Below, in pieces: positions 39,948 to 49,000 of a stretch of DNA of 64,000 nucleotides. Every line of letters starts with the position of its first letter. Position 1 is the first letter of the stretch. The stretch comes from a virus (lineage: Duplodnaviria > Caudoviricetes), in the IMG/VR virus record IMGVR_UViG_3300021399_000103, positions 112,420 to 176,419 of that record, one strand, 5' to 3'. The notes beneath the pieces are model-generated. The model was not told where the DNA came from. It did not search any database and was given only the letters and a program-made list of their open reading frames with translations. The position numbers and the translations under genes were made by a program.

Positions 39948-40030
39948 TAACTTTCTCCTTTCTTCACTTCAAGTATAATAAAAAAAAGGACAAATTAATT
40001 ATCTTAATTTGTCCTAGAAAGAGAGGTAAA

Positions 40031-40102
40031 AGCGCCATAAGGGAGTCGAACCCTTGTTTCCAGCTTGGAAGGCTGAAGTATTAGCCATTATACGAATGGC
40101 GC
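40031..40102 (-). tRNA. tRNA-Gly(UCC)
   Basis: Loop CTTCCAA. Confidence 0.92.
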
Positions 40103-40133
40103 AGAAATAAGTCCTATTGGACTTAAAACTTAA

Positions 40134-40885
40134 TAGGCTGAGAGAATTGACCTTTTATACCTGCGTCTTATGCGGTTGGCCGCACGTTCTCACACTCAAC
40201 TTTTCAGCGAGTAACAGGCATGGACTCTGATCTTGCGAAGACCAGTAGAATCTTACATAGTTCATTATAGCGTTCCTTTTATTGCCCAACCTCTTGGAAG
40301 AGTTCAATACGTCCCCGCATTTATTGACGACAATTACTTGTACTTACTCACTCTATAACTTGCGGCTTAGTGGTGTCTCCATATTTCAGGAGGATAAGTC
40401 CATTTTTCTGAAACTATGTCCAGCACACTTTTGCTTTGTATACTTAATCTGTAAAATTGATTTTCCACTGTCAATTTATTATTCAAAAGTGTTGTTCCGA
40501 TTTACTGCGCGATGAGGTGCTGGTTTGGGGTCCGTGCCTTTTGAGCATAGCCCGCCCATCACCGTGCTGCTTTCATGCCACTTACTTGCTTCAATGTCGG
40601 CGCATGGCGTTTCGTCTAACACGCCGGCGCATTGATTATCCCAGCACTAACCTTTGGCGATGTTCGTACCAGGTAACATATCATATTATCATTATTTTCA
40701 TAACTTATTCCCATCCCAATCTTTCTCGAAGGCATAGGACTGCCGCATACATTCCCTCGTCTGCACGTTGAGAGAAGCGGACACAATATTATATGGCTTT
40801 CTGTGGAGTCAGTTTTCTAACCGCAGACTACGTTACTTCCTGCTTTAGCCCATCGCTGGGTTATCCTAAGGTGCCGAAGCCGCAC
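40134..40885 (-). ncRNA. Large structured ncRNA, GOLLD-like
   Basis: ~750 nt of raised GC with no ORF, between a promoter and tRNA-Gly; segments TGCTCAAAAGGCACGGA, AAAGCAAAAGTG and 3' TCTCAGCC recall GOLLD (from memory). Confidence 0.6.
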
Positions 40886-40886
40886 C

Positions 40887-40939
40887 GAAACATTAGTTGG
40901 TTATCCAGGGTCGCCACGTGGAGGCTGTTTCTTGACCCC
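40887..40939 (-). ncRNA. Minimal HDV-like (theta-type) self-cleaving ribozyme
   Basis: P1 GGGGTC/GACCCT (G.U), P2 GAAACA/TGTTTC, P3 GCC-TCCACGT-GGC, P1.1 CC/GG, J4/2 ..CTAA. Confidence 0.8.
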
Positions 40940-41212
40940 ATTGCCCTCAATGTAAGCTGAGGGCGCATATATGCTAACGTCTTGACCCCGACGACAGGGA
41001 GTAATTTTTACCGAGCTTATTACTATCTGCATCGAACCAACGCCTAGAAGTTGGATAAAAGTTAATATTTCCCATATGGATTAACTTTTTCAGCTTACTT
41101 ATATATTTTAACAAATTTTTTTATTTTTGTCAAAATATATTTTAGTGGTTTTATCCCTTTTCGTTATAACCACTTTACTCTACGGCATCTCGCTTAGTGG
41201 GAATAGAGTTAG

Positions 41213-41285
41213 TTCCGGGTGCGGGAGTTGAACCCGCCTTTTCGGGATATGAGCCCGACCTGGGACCGATCCAGTGTAACCCGGG
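41213..41285 (-). tRNA. Initiator tRNA-fMet(CAU)
   Basis: C1xA72 mismatch; GGG/CCC anticodon stem. Confidence 0.85.
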
Positions 41286-41289
41286 ATAA

Positions 41290-41672
41290 GAATTTGAACT
41301 ATTGGTAGCTATCCAGTTTAGGTTTACGTAGACCGACTCCCTGGGCCTAGCTAAGCCTACACACCACGTCAAGGTTGTTCAATTTGTGTAGGTGTCAAGC
41401 CTTCTGCAAAGGAGACCAATCCTCATCTATCGTCGTGGATGTTTCACCACTAAGATGGCTACTGACTTGACAGGTCAATATGTGCCATACATTCCGGGTT
41501 AGACACGTTGCCCGTAGACTTATTGATTAAAGTCCCGGTCTAGTCAGGACAGAGAACGAATAGCCGTTATCTCTATTCACGCACTATTCTAAATGGTTTT
41601 CCTAAGTACAGTTTCCTTGCCATCCCGATGCATTTATATACCGAGCCAGGACAGACGCGGTTTGCGTACGCA
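41290..41672 (-). ncRNA. Unassigned ~380-nt structured RNA
   Basis: No ORF; helices CCTACAC/GTGTAGG, AGAGATAACG/CGTTCTCT, GTCC/GGAC. Confidence 0.45.
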
Positions 41673-41673
41673 G

Positions 41674-41759
41674 ATAAGATAATTAAGCCTTTGTCCTCTT
41701 GGCTACCCGGCCCTTTCGGGCCAGGGTGGGATTCGAACCCACGATATTAACTATCTTAT
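41674..41759 (-). ncRNA. Circularly permuted tRNA mimic with GAAA-capped acceptor stem (YrlA-like), without CAGCAA
   Basis: ATAAGATAGTTAA..GTGGG-TTCGAAT-CCCAC CCTGGCCC-GAAA-GGGCCGGG TA GCC-AAGAGGACAAA-GGC TTAATTATCTTAT. Confidence 0.82.
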
Positions 41760-41822
41760 TATTTATAAGGCAGATTTTTATCTCTTTCCTTACTTTACAT
41801 ATATATTATATAATAATTTTTT

Positions 41823-42143
41823 TTATTTTTCAACTAATTCGTAATCTTTTTTAATAGCTTCTTCAACAAAGTATCGTCTTAAATCACCAGTAGTCCAGTT
41901 ATCAATAAGATATTCACGCAATTCGTTATCATCTACTGGATCTCTATTGTATTTATCTCTAAACTCTTTTACCATTGAATTAAAATCTTCTATGTGATCT
42001 AAAACCCAATTTTTTTCTTCTATATTATCTGGATCAAAATATTCCCAGTTATCAATTCCAGCAGATTCTAAATCTGCTAAATGCAATTCTTGTAATAATA
42101 GTGATTTTAATCTTGCTTCTCTAACTAAGTAATATTTTGTCAT
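41823..42143 (-). CDS. Hypothetical protein (GIDNW motif)
   Basis: ORF coupled to upstream gene. Confidence 0.55.
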   Translation of the reverse strand: MTKYYLVREARLKSLLLQELHLADLESAGIDNWEYFDPDNIEEKNWVLDHIEDFNSMVKEFRDKYNRDPVDDNELREYLIDNWTTGDLRRYFVEEAIKKDYELVEK

Positions 42144-42145
42144 AT

Positions 42146-42454
42146 TTAATCCTCATGCTGGATACCAGTTAAAATAAAATATGCCTTTTTGTTATTCTCA
42201 ATTAAATCAAATTTATCTATAATTTTCACGGTACTAATTTTAACATTTTCTCTTTTGGGGATTTCATAATTCCAAGTATCACCAATTACTACAGCCGTAC
42301 CATTTATTTCAACTACAGTACCTGGAAATGCTTTAATTTTTATTTCATCAAATTCAGCGCCTTTTAAGAAAGATCCTGTAATTAAAGATTCTTTGGTTAA
42401 ATCTTCTGGCGAATGATTATTTTCATCATAATACTTAAATTGTTTTACAACCAT
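42146..42454 (-). CDS. Hypothetical protein
   Basis: GAGG RBS before MVVKQF; the longer ORF-track start lies inside tRNA-Ser. Confidence 0.55.
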   Translation of the reverse strand: MVVKQFKYYDENNHSPEDLTKESLITGSFLKGAEFDEIKIKAFPGTVVEINGTAVVIGDTWNYEIPKRENVKISTVKIIDKFDLIENNKKAYFILTGIQHED

Positions 42455-42469
42455 AATTACCTCTCTCAG

Positions 42470-42556
42470 CGCCCGCAGAAGGATTCGAACCTTCGCACCA
42501 GTCACCCGATCTAGTTCCTTAGCAGGGAACCCTCTTCACCACTTGAGTATGCGGGC
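42470..42556 (-). tRNA. tRNA-Ser(GCU)
   Basis: Loop CTGCTAA; long variable arm. Confidence 0.9.
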
Positions 42557-42614
42557 ATTTCTTAAATAAATTAAGAAAGTAATTAAAATACTTTAATTAC
42601 TTTGACCAATTTAG

Positions 42615-42696
42615 CGCCGGCCACAGGATTCGAACCTGCAAATCGTTTCCGATCAATGGTTTTCAAGACCACGCCCTCACCGCCCGGACAGCCGGC
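42615..42696 (-). tRNA. tRNA-Ser(UGA)
   Basis: Loop CTTGAAA; long variable arm. Confidence 0.88.
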
Positions 42697-42765
42697 AAAA
42701 TTAGAAAACCGGGATATTTATAGAGAGTTACCGGTGTTCTCTTGGTTTAGTTTGTTGTGGAACAG

Positions 42766-42836
42766 CGGCCCGTGCTGGAATCGAACCAGCCTTGTGCGGT
42801 TAACAGCCGCGAGTTCTACCGATGAACTAACGGGCC
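42766..42836 (-). tRNA. tRNA-Asn(GUU)
   Basis: Loop CTGTTAA. Confidence 0.9.
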
Positions 42837-42842
42837 ATATTC

Positions 42843-42953
42843 AAGGCACTTTATCTTGCTTTAACCATTTAGCTACTCATCAAAATTTTTGGCTGATAAG
42901 ACAGGAATCGAACCTGCATATAAGAATAATCTTATGTTTGCTGTATGTGCCTT
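42843..42953 (-). ncRNA. CAGCAA-helix element E: circularly permuted tRNA mimic
   Basis: AAGGCAC-ATA-CAGCAA; T-arm GCAGG-TTCGATT-CCTGT; acceptor CTTATCA-GCCA..TGATGAG; D-arm GCTAAATGGTTAAAGC; GTGCCTT. Confidence 0.8.
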
Positions 42954-43160
42954 TCTTTATTTTACATAAATATTATAACAAAATTTTTTATTTTTGTCCA
43001 ATGATTGTAAAGATATCTGTCGATGGGACAACCGCTAAGCCGCCCCACGAACCGTGAAGTTGCCCCATATCGTCGATGCTTCTAACGACACCTTCTCTGC
43101 CCGTATATTGAGGCTCACCATCCATATATTCAATTCTAATTGTATCTCCAATTTTTACCA

Positions 43161-43472
43161 TTATAGTCCCATCCTTTGCATTAATTTCCGCACATTCTCT
43201 CGTTCTTTATCTGAAATCTCTACTTTTTCAGGAGCCACCGCAATCGTATCATCATTAGTAAAATCTCTACCTGTATTATAATTTAATTCACTTGTGTTAA
43301 TAGTTTCAATCATTACTTTTGGACATGTCATTGATAGAGCGATTTGAACTCGTTCACCCCCATCATCAGCCCAAACATAAAGTTTTTTATCGACTTCTCC
43401 AACAAAATCTGCTCCAAAAGCAGCTTTAATTTTTTCAGCTACTTTTTCTTTTGCAATACTTCCTCTTGCCAT
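43161..43472 (-). CDS. Conserved phage hypothetical protein
   Basis: MARGSIAKE...QIALSMTCPK; RBS. Confidence 0.6.
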   Translation of the reverse strand: MARGSIAKEKVAEKIKAAFGADFVGEVDKKLYVWADDGGERVQIALSMTCPKVMIETINTSELNYNTGRDFTNDDTIAVAPEKVEISDKERENVRKLMQRMGL

Positions 43473-43492
43473 TTTATCTCCTTATATTATTA

Positions 43493-44854
43493 TTATAACA
43501 TATTTTTTTCTCTATAGCAATCTTCGCAATAATAACGGTCTCTTTCTTCATCCCATATAAGATCATCTACATGATATATCATATTGCAATTAATACATCT
43601 ATCATAATAATGACTGTAGCAATCAATACATATCGGATGATCTTCTGCGCGACCAGTCCAATAGACCATATCTTCTGGAACAATTTCTCCACAATCTGCG
43701 CAATGAATAAAACCATTAGGTTCTAAACATTGAGAGCAAACCATTGAATCTGTATCCGTTAAATAATTATCGCCGCATATCAGACATGGGACTTGCGCAC
43801 CGATATGAAATTTTATTGGCGCTGGAGATATTTTATTCCAACAGTAATAAGGAATATAAAAATTTGACTCTAATAAATCATTAAAGTGTAATTTAGATTG
43901 GTCTTTAACCAATGCCCTCATTGAATATATTTTATCTCTTATAGGAACATATCTATCGTTAGTAGAAAAATCATCTAAAGATGACCATTTTTTTAATTGT
44001 ATCTGTTGAAAATAGTCATCATGCCAATGACTCCAAGCATTTGAAGCACCCCAAATGGCTCTCTCAATACCCGGCGTTGCCTTTTCAGCCCAGCGTTCAC
44101 GTACTACTTCCATGATATTTTCAGAAAAGAATGGATAATGGCGTCCAGCAAAAACCGCATTCCAATTATCAGATACAAAAAGTAACATTCTCCATTTTTT
44201 ACTATTCCAAGGAATAGATTCTGGAAAACGAGGTAATTTTTCTTTTCTATCATTACAAATATAACAAACTATCGTGCTACTATCAAGCATATAAGATAAA
44301 TTACCTGCACGGTATTCTCCATCTAAAGCATGACAGCTACGCCAGTTATTATTATTTTCACTACTGGATAAATAATCTAATGGATGGACAGACAAACAAA
44401 GGTATCCTGTAATTTTATTTTCTTGAATTAAACGACTTGCTGCAGTTTGGATTCTATCTAAATCATATTCGTTATTAACAAATTCTTTATACGCTTTTGT
44501 TAATTTCATTCCAGAAGCAATATTAAAACCATGTCTATTATATGATGAGGACATTTTATTATCAAAAAAATCATTTTGATAATAATCAATAAAATCAATT
44601 AATTCTGGATAATTATAATTAGAATTAATCATATCAATAAATTTCTGAAGTTTTGAAATTTGTTGATCTCTATCTAATTCAAAGGTAACAGGTTCTTTAG
44701 TCTTATAAATTAATTCTCCATCAAAAGCTTCTATAAAATCTCTTTTTGCTTCAAGCCATTTTTCAATTAATAAATCTGTATTAACATTTGAAAGTGATTG
44801 AGAATATTCAATTACAGCCTTTACTTGTTTTTTTAATTCATCTTTATTAATCAT
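43493..44854 (-). CDS. Uncharacterised protein with C-terminal CxxC repeats (paralog of 47417-49000)
   Basis: LCLSVHPLDYLSSSEN..WRSCH, WNSKKWR, GRHYPF. Confidence 0.7.
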   Translation of the reverse strand: MINKDELKKQVKAVIEYSQSLSNVNTDLLIEKWLEAKRDFIEAFDGELIYKTKEPVTFELDRDQQISKLQKFIDMINSNYNYPELIDFIDYYQNDFFDNKMSSSYNRHGFNIASGMKLTKAYKEFVNNEYDLDRIQTAASRLIQENKITGYLCLSVHPLDYLSSSENNNNWRSCHALDGEYRAGNLSYMLDSSTIVCYICNDRKEKLPRFPESIPWNSKKWRMLLFVSDNWNAVFAGRHYPFFSENIMEVVRERWAEKATPGIERAIWGASNAWSHWHDDYFQQIQLKKWSSLDDFSTNDRYVPIRDKIYSMRALVKDQSKLHFNDLLESNFYIPYYCWNKISPAPIKFHIGAQVPCLICGDNYLTDTDSMVCSQCLEPNGFIHCADCGEIVPEDMVYWTGRAEDHPICIDCYSHYYDRCINCNMIYHVDDLIWDEERDRYYCEDCYREKNML

Positions 44855-44855
44855 A

Positions 44856-45884
44856 TTACCTCTGCTTCTTTTTTATCTTTTTAGCACAGTCTTTACAAAA
44901 TTGACTATATGGATGTTTTGGATCTATTTCAAAACATTCTCCGCAACTTTTGCACCATTCAACATTATTTGAGTTAAGGCAATCAATACAATAATATCCT
45001 TTACCGCCTCTAATTAATTTAACATCAAGAACTTCATCTCTATCATAATCATTACCACAATTATGACATTTGTATTTAATTGAATCTGCGGATGGGAAAG
45101 GATCAATAGGATAATCATCTTCATAATCGTATCCATAATTATAATATGAAGCTGGATAATGCCAATTATAATATGCGCCTGGTGCTGGAATATATTTAAA
45201 TTCTGGAATATTTTCAACAGATAACATCTTTTTTACTTTTTCAATAGTAGATAACATTTGTCCAACAAATAAGACTTCTGATGTAGTATGCTCATCTTTA
45301 TATCCAATAGAAAGGTTTACTCCTGCGATACCCCATTGCGGGCATAGTTCGCAAATATCAGTAAAACTCCCCCAAGCAGTAATGAATCCAAAAGATTCAA
45401 TATATTTTTCAAAATCTTCATTATCGCAATCATAAAAAACGCAATCATTACTATTTCTACGATCCAACTGAATAATATAACGAAGATCTTTAAATGGACA
45501 AGGAAAATAAGATAATTCTTCTGCCCCAATACAGCCTATTTCTTCATCTGTTGTAAAGATAATATGTGGACGATAACCTGCTTTTATGATCTGAATAATA
45601 GCAAATACTCCAGCTCGATCATCTGCTCCCATACCAGTAGGAGACCACATTACATTCTTTTTACGATCATAGAAAATTTCTTTTGGCGGAGTCTTAAACA
45701 CAGTATCCATATGCGCAACAAGCGCAATTGGAATATTACCTTCTGCCAATAGAAAATCTTCGTGATATGTAGCTTCTTTATAATTCTGTTTTAAAAATTT
45801 ATATAATACATGTTTAAGTGTTTCTTGCGAAACTTCGCAAAGATCTTCCATTAAAGTAACTTCACTTTTTGTCAGTATTTTCAT
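44856..45884 (-). CDS. M20/M28-family Zn peptidase with C-terminal Zn ribbons
   Basis: AHMDTV, GADDRAG, TDEEIG, QLDRR, YKDEH. Confidence 0.8.
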   Translation of the reverse strand: MKILTKSEVTLMEDLCEVSQETLKHVLYKFLKQNYKEATYHEDFLLAEGNIPIALVAHMDTVFKTPPKEIFYDRKKNVMWSPTGMGADDRAGVFAIIQIIKAGYRPHIIFTTDEEIGCIGAEELSYFPCPFKDLRYIIQLDRRNSNDCVFYDCDNEDFEKYIESFGFITAWGSFTDICELCPQWGIAGVNLSIGYKDEHTTSEVLFVGQMLSTIEKVKKMLSVENIPEFKYIPAPGAYYNWHYPASYYNYGYDYEDDYPIDPFPSADSIKYKCHNCGNDYDRDEVLDVKLIRGGKGYYCIDCLNSNNVEWCKSCGECFEIDPKHPYSQFCKDCAKKIKKKQR

Positions 45885-45925
45885 TCCATATAACCTCTCA
45901 CATATATATTATATAATATTTTTTA

Positions 45926-46699
45926 TTATTTTTCAACAATAGAATCTTTTGGTTTTGGCAAAAAATCAGGATCAGCCAGTTTCAATGCGGTATAGCACAT
46001 ATGGCATCTACCGCCTGATTTACAATTTTGACGACATTTTAATCGAGTTTCAATTACTTCTGGCATAATCATTCTGTTAATTGCGGGAGAACCTAAATCT
46101 TCAACTAAAATATCTAATCTTGTGCGCCATTCTTTATCTTGAGAATATACCTTAAATAAAGTTTGTTCTCTTACGATGTCACAAGGTTCAAACTCTAATA
46201 CTTGTATATAGTCTTCATATTCTTCTACATCTTCTGGTCTAATCCACTGGCCGCAAACGCCATCGTTATGCGGTAATGTATGATTATATGCTACTGTTGG
46301 AATAGCTCTAATTTGAATATCGAAATCTAATGTATGCTCTAAATCAAAAAATAATGGAATACCAACATAAGCATATTTAGCACCTAAGTTTTGTAATCCT
46401 TCTAACTCCCAATAAGATGTTGCTTCTGTATTAAGCATAAACTTTATTTTATTTTCTTTCGCATATTGAACTAATTCTAAATTACTAAGATTTAATATAA
46501 GATTAGAGTTACAAAGTAGATCATATTGTCTCATTTCAGCCCAATCATATTCTGATATGTCTCCTGGAAATAAAATAATAGGTTTTCCATATTTATGGTA
46601 TAAATCTGGGATAGATTTTCTATCTCTAAATTGAACTTTTATTTCATCAGCTTCTCTTAAAAAACGGGGAGCTAATCTACTACTTAAACAATATTTCAT
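45926..46699 (-). CDS. Hypothetical protein with Cys-rich C-terminus (possible U32-like barrel)
   Basis: WIRPEDVEEY; C..C....C..C; fold is a guess. Confidence 0.5.
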   Translation of the reverse strand: MKYCLSSRLAPRFLREADEIKVQFRDRKSIPDLYHKYGKPIILFPGDISEYDWAEMRQYDLLCNSNLILNLSNLELVQYAKENKIKFMLNTEATSYWELEGLQNLGAKYAYVGIPLFFDLEHTLDFDIQIRAIPTVAYNHTLPHNDGVCGQWIRPEDVEEYEDYIQVLEFEPCDIVREQTLFKVYSQDKEWRTRLDILVEDLGSPAINRMIMPEVIETRLKCRQNCKSGGRCHMCYTALKLADPDFLPKPKDSIVEK

Positions 46700-46836
46700 A
46701 TAAAACACCTCTTTTATATATTTTACCATATAATTTTCTAAAAGGCAATTTTATTTGCGGTTTCGGTGCGGGCGTCCGGCGGCGCGGCGAGCAAACCTCC
46801 AACTTTCAAAAAAAAGAGAACTTTATGTCCTCTTCC

Positions 46837-47226
46837 TTACGCTACTGTATATGCTACAAGCTTTCTTGCTCTACCGCCTTCTTCAGCTGCGACAGTAACT
46901 TCTGTCTTTACAGCTCTTCCAGCCTTAGCCAGAGCGTTTGTTCTATATGCGATCTTGTTAACTGTAGCTTCCTCGTCAGCGATTGCAGCCAGAATGTCAG
47001 CATTTGTCATAGGTTCATCTGTCAGAACAGCAGCGATTGCGTCCATCAAAGCGTCGCCTTCAGCTGCCTTTGCCGCAGCTCTCTCCTTTGCCTTAACTGC
47101 CTTGTGATCAATTGCCGCAATCTCCTTTTCACAGAATGCAACTACATCTGCGTTGTCAGCCATAGCGTCCTTAATCATGTTGTAGAAATCCTTCTTTGTC
47201 ATCTTTTTGTCTGTCATTTTGTTCAC
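46837..47226 (-). CDS. wHTH family paralog 1
   Basis: MTKKDFY...VAFCEKEI...VAYTVA. Confidence 0.65.
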   Translation of the reverse strand: MNKMTDKKMTKKDFYNMIKDAMADNADVVAFCEKEIAAIDHKAVKAKERAAAKAAEGDALMDAIAAVLTDEPMTNADILAAIADEEATVNKIAYRTNALAKAGRAVKTEVTVAAEEGGRARKLVAYTVA

Positions 47227-47290
47227 CTTTTTTTAACCTTTCCTTATTTACATATATATTATACTATTTATTTTTTATTTTTTCAAATGT

Positions 47291-47375
47291 AAGGTAAGTG
47301 CGGCGCGATGGTGTTCCGCGCATTTCCGTTTATTGTCACTTCGCAATGCCTTCGTCAAGGTTTTTCCCTTACCTT
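47291..47375 (-). ncRNA. Promoter-driven ~85-nt hairpin RNA
   Basis: AAGGTAAG/CTTACCTT terminal helix directly after a promoter. Confidence 0.45.
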
Positions 47376-47416
47376 ACATATATATTATATTATATTTTTT
47401 TATAAAAATCAATTAG

Positions 47417-49000
47417 TTAATCATAATATCCACTAATAGATTTTTCAATAATATCAATTACTTTATCAGAAAGCTCTGTTTTAACAACATAGTCATATCT
47501 TTTATTAAACTCATAATTCCAAATGGTGTTAACTACCTTAAAAACAATTTTATGAATAGGATTATTTTCTCTGTTGTAATTTTCAAAGGCCCAATCATCA
47601 TAAATCATAAACCTTGGAAAATTACTAACAAAATAATCTTCATCATCTTTATGCTGTTCTAATTCTTCTTGAGAGGAAACTAAATAGATTTCGTGCATAT
47701 TATCCCTATGATGGTATTCACCTTCAAACGGGTCAAAACTTCTGTATTCATAATAGCAATCTTCGCAGTAGTAGTCACCATCTAATTCAAATTCTTCAGA
47801 GATGGTAGTTCCGCAGCAGCAACATTCAAGCCTGTTCATATATTTATTACAAATTACCTCATCGGCTTCATTAATATCATAATCCCAGCCATCAATCTCA
47901 TGTCCGCTATACATACATTCTGCTTTGCCAGAATAATAACAATAAACTTCTTCTTCATCTCTTAATACTGCTGGATTTAAGATGAAATGAGTGATATTAT
48001 CATTGCCAAAATCATTATACATAAATCCAGTTTCAAAATTAAAATTAATTTCGCATTCACTATCCTCTAAATCAACTTCTTCAGAGTTCTCATTAAAGTG
48101 ATGTTCATAAATAGTATCGCCGTATTTATAGCCCAGATTTTCTTCTGCTAATTCTTTTAAGATATGAATTGTTGCTTCATCAAGCTCTGTGCTTTGATAT
48201 GGGTAACCTTTAATACCTGTAATACACTGCGGAGTAACAATAAACAGATTTCTCCACTTTTTACTATTCCATTCATAGTCATAATATCTCATTACTTTAT
48301 TATCTCCTTTGAGATAAGCAACTACGACATATGGAGAATTCATCATTTCAACAGTACCCATACGGTAACATCCACCATTACGCCAGTTCATACAAGAGTT
48401 CCAGTCATACTCATTATCACTCATAGTTAAATAATCAAGCGGGTGGATAGAAATACAAAGAGTTCCTGTAGTGCGCTTTTTATCTAAAGCCATGGAATGG
48501 GCAATTCTAAAACGCTCAAATCCTTCAATATTTGCGGCATTTGCGATTTTACCAATAACCCTTGAAGGCTTACATCCAGATTGAATAGCAATAGTTTTGT
48601 CACCAATAGCAATCTTAAAAGTCTGACCAGTATATTCATTATCAGCCAAAGTATTCCATCCACAAAGCCTCATTAAACGATGTCTAGTAACTTCGTCAAA
48701 ATTAGATTCATATAATACCCAGTCTGTATAATGATCTATAAACTTACGCATATCTCGATTTTCATACATAATATCTTCAATTTCAGTACTGCGACGAGTA
48801 AAAGAAACTTTCTTTTCAACAATAAAGTTTTTCCCAAGCATATCATATAATGTTTTAGATTTTGCGTCCTCCCAAAATTTCATTAATTCATAAAGAGACG
48901 CAGGCTCTTCATTAGTTGTAACATTATTATAACTGCCATAAGCTGCGATCCAAGCCTTAAGTTCTTCTTTGTAAGGTAATTTATCAAACATAATTCCCAT
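47417..49000 (-). CDS. Uncharacterised protein (paralog of 43493-44854)
   Basis: LCISIHPLDYLTMSDN..WNSCM, WNSKKWR, KGYPY, YYCEDCY. Confidence 0.7.
   Translation of the reverse strand: MGIMFDKLPYKEELKAWIAAYGSYNNVTTNEEPASLYELMKFWEDAKSKTLYDMLGKNFIVEKKVSFTRRSTEIEDIMYENRDMRKFIDHYTDWVLYESNFDEVTRHRLMRLCGWNTLADNEYTGQTFKIAIGDKTIAIQSGCKPSRVIGKIANAANIEGFERFRIAHSMALDKKRTTGTLCISIHPLDYLTMSDNEYDWNSCMNWRNGGCYRMGTVEMMNSPYVVVAYLKGDNKVMRYYDYEWNSKKWRNLFIVTPQCITGIKGYPYQSTELDEATIHILKELAEENLGYKYGDTIYEHHFNENSEEVDLEDSECEINFNFETGFMYNDFGNDNITHFILNPAVLRDEEEVYCYYSGKAECMYSGHEIDGWDYDINEADEVICNKYMNRLECCCCGTTISEEFELDGDYYCEDCYYEYRSFDPFEGEYHHRDNMHEIYLVSSQEELEQHKDDEDYFVSNFPRFMIYDDWAFENYNRENNPIHKIVFKVVNTIWNYEFNKRYDYVVKTELSDKVIDIIEKSISGYYD

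Noticed and set aside
39980-40014. Operator or late-promoter palindrome
   Set aside because: Hairpin plus U-tract after tRNA-Gly is explained as an intrinsic terminator
42615-42696. tRNA with TGA in the anticodon loop as an opal suppressor
   Set aside because: Anticodon UGA reads UCA (Ser), and it has a long variable arm and G73; a suppressor needs anticodon UCA
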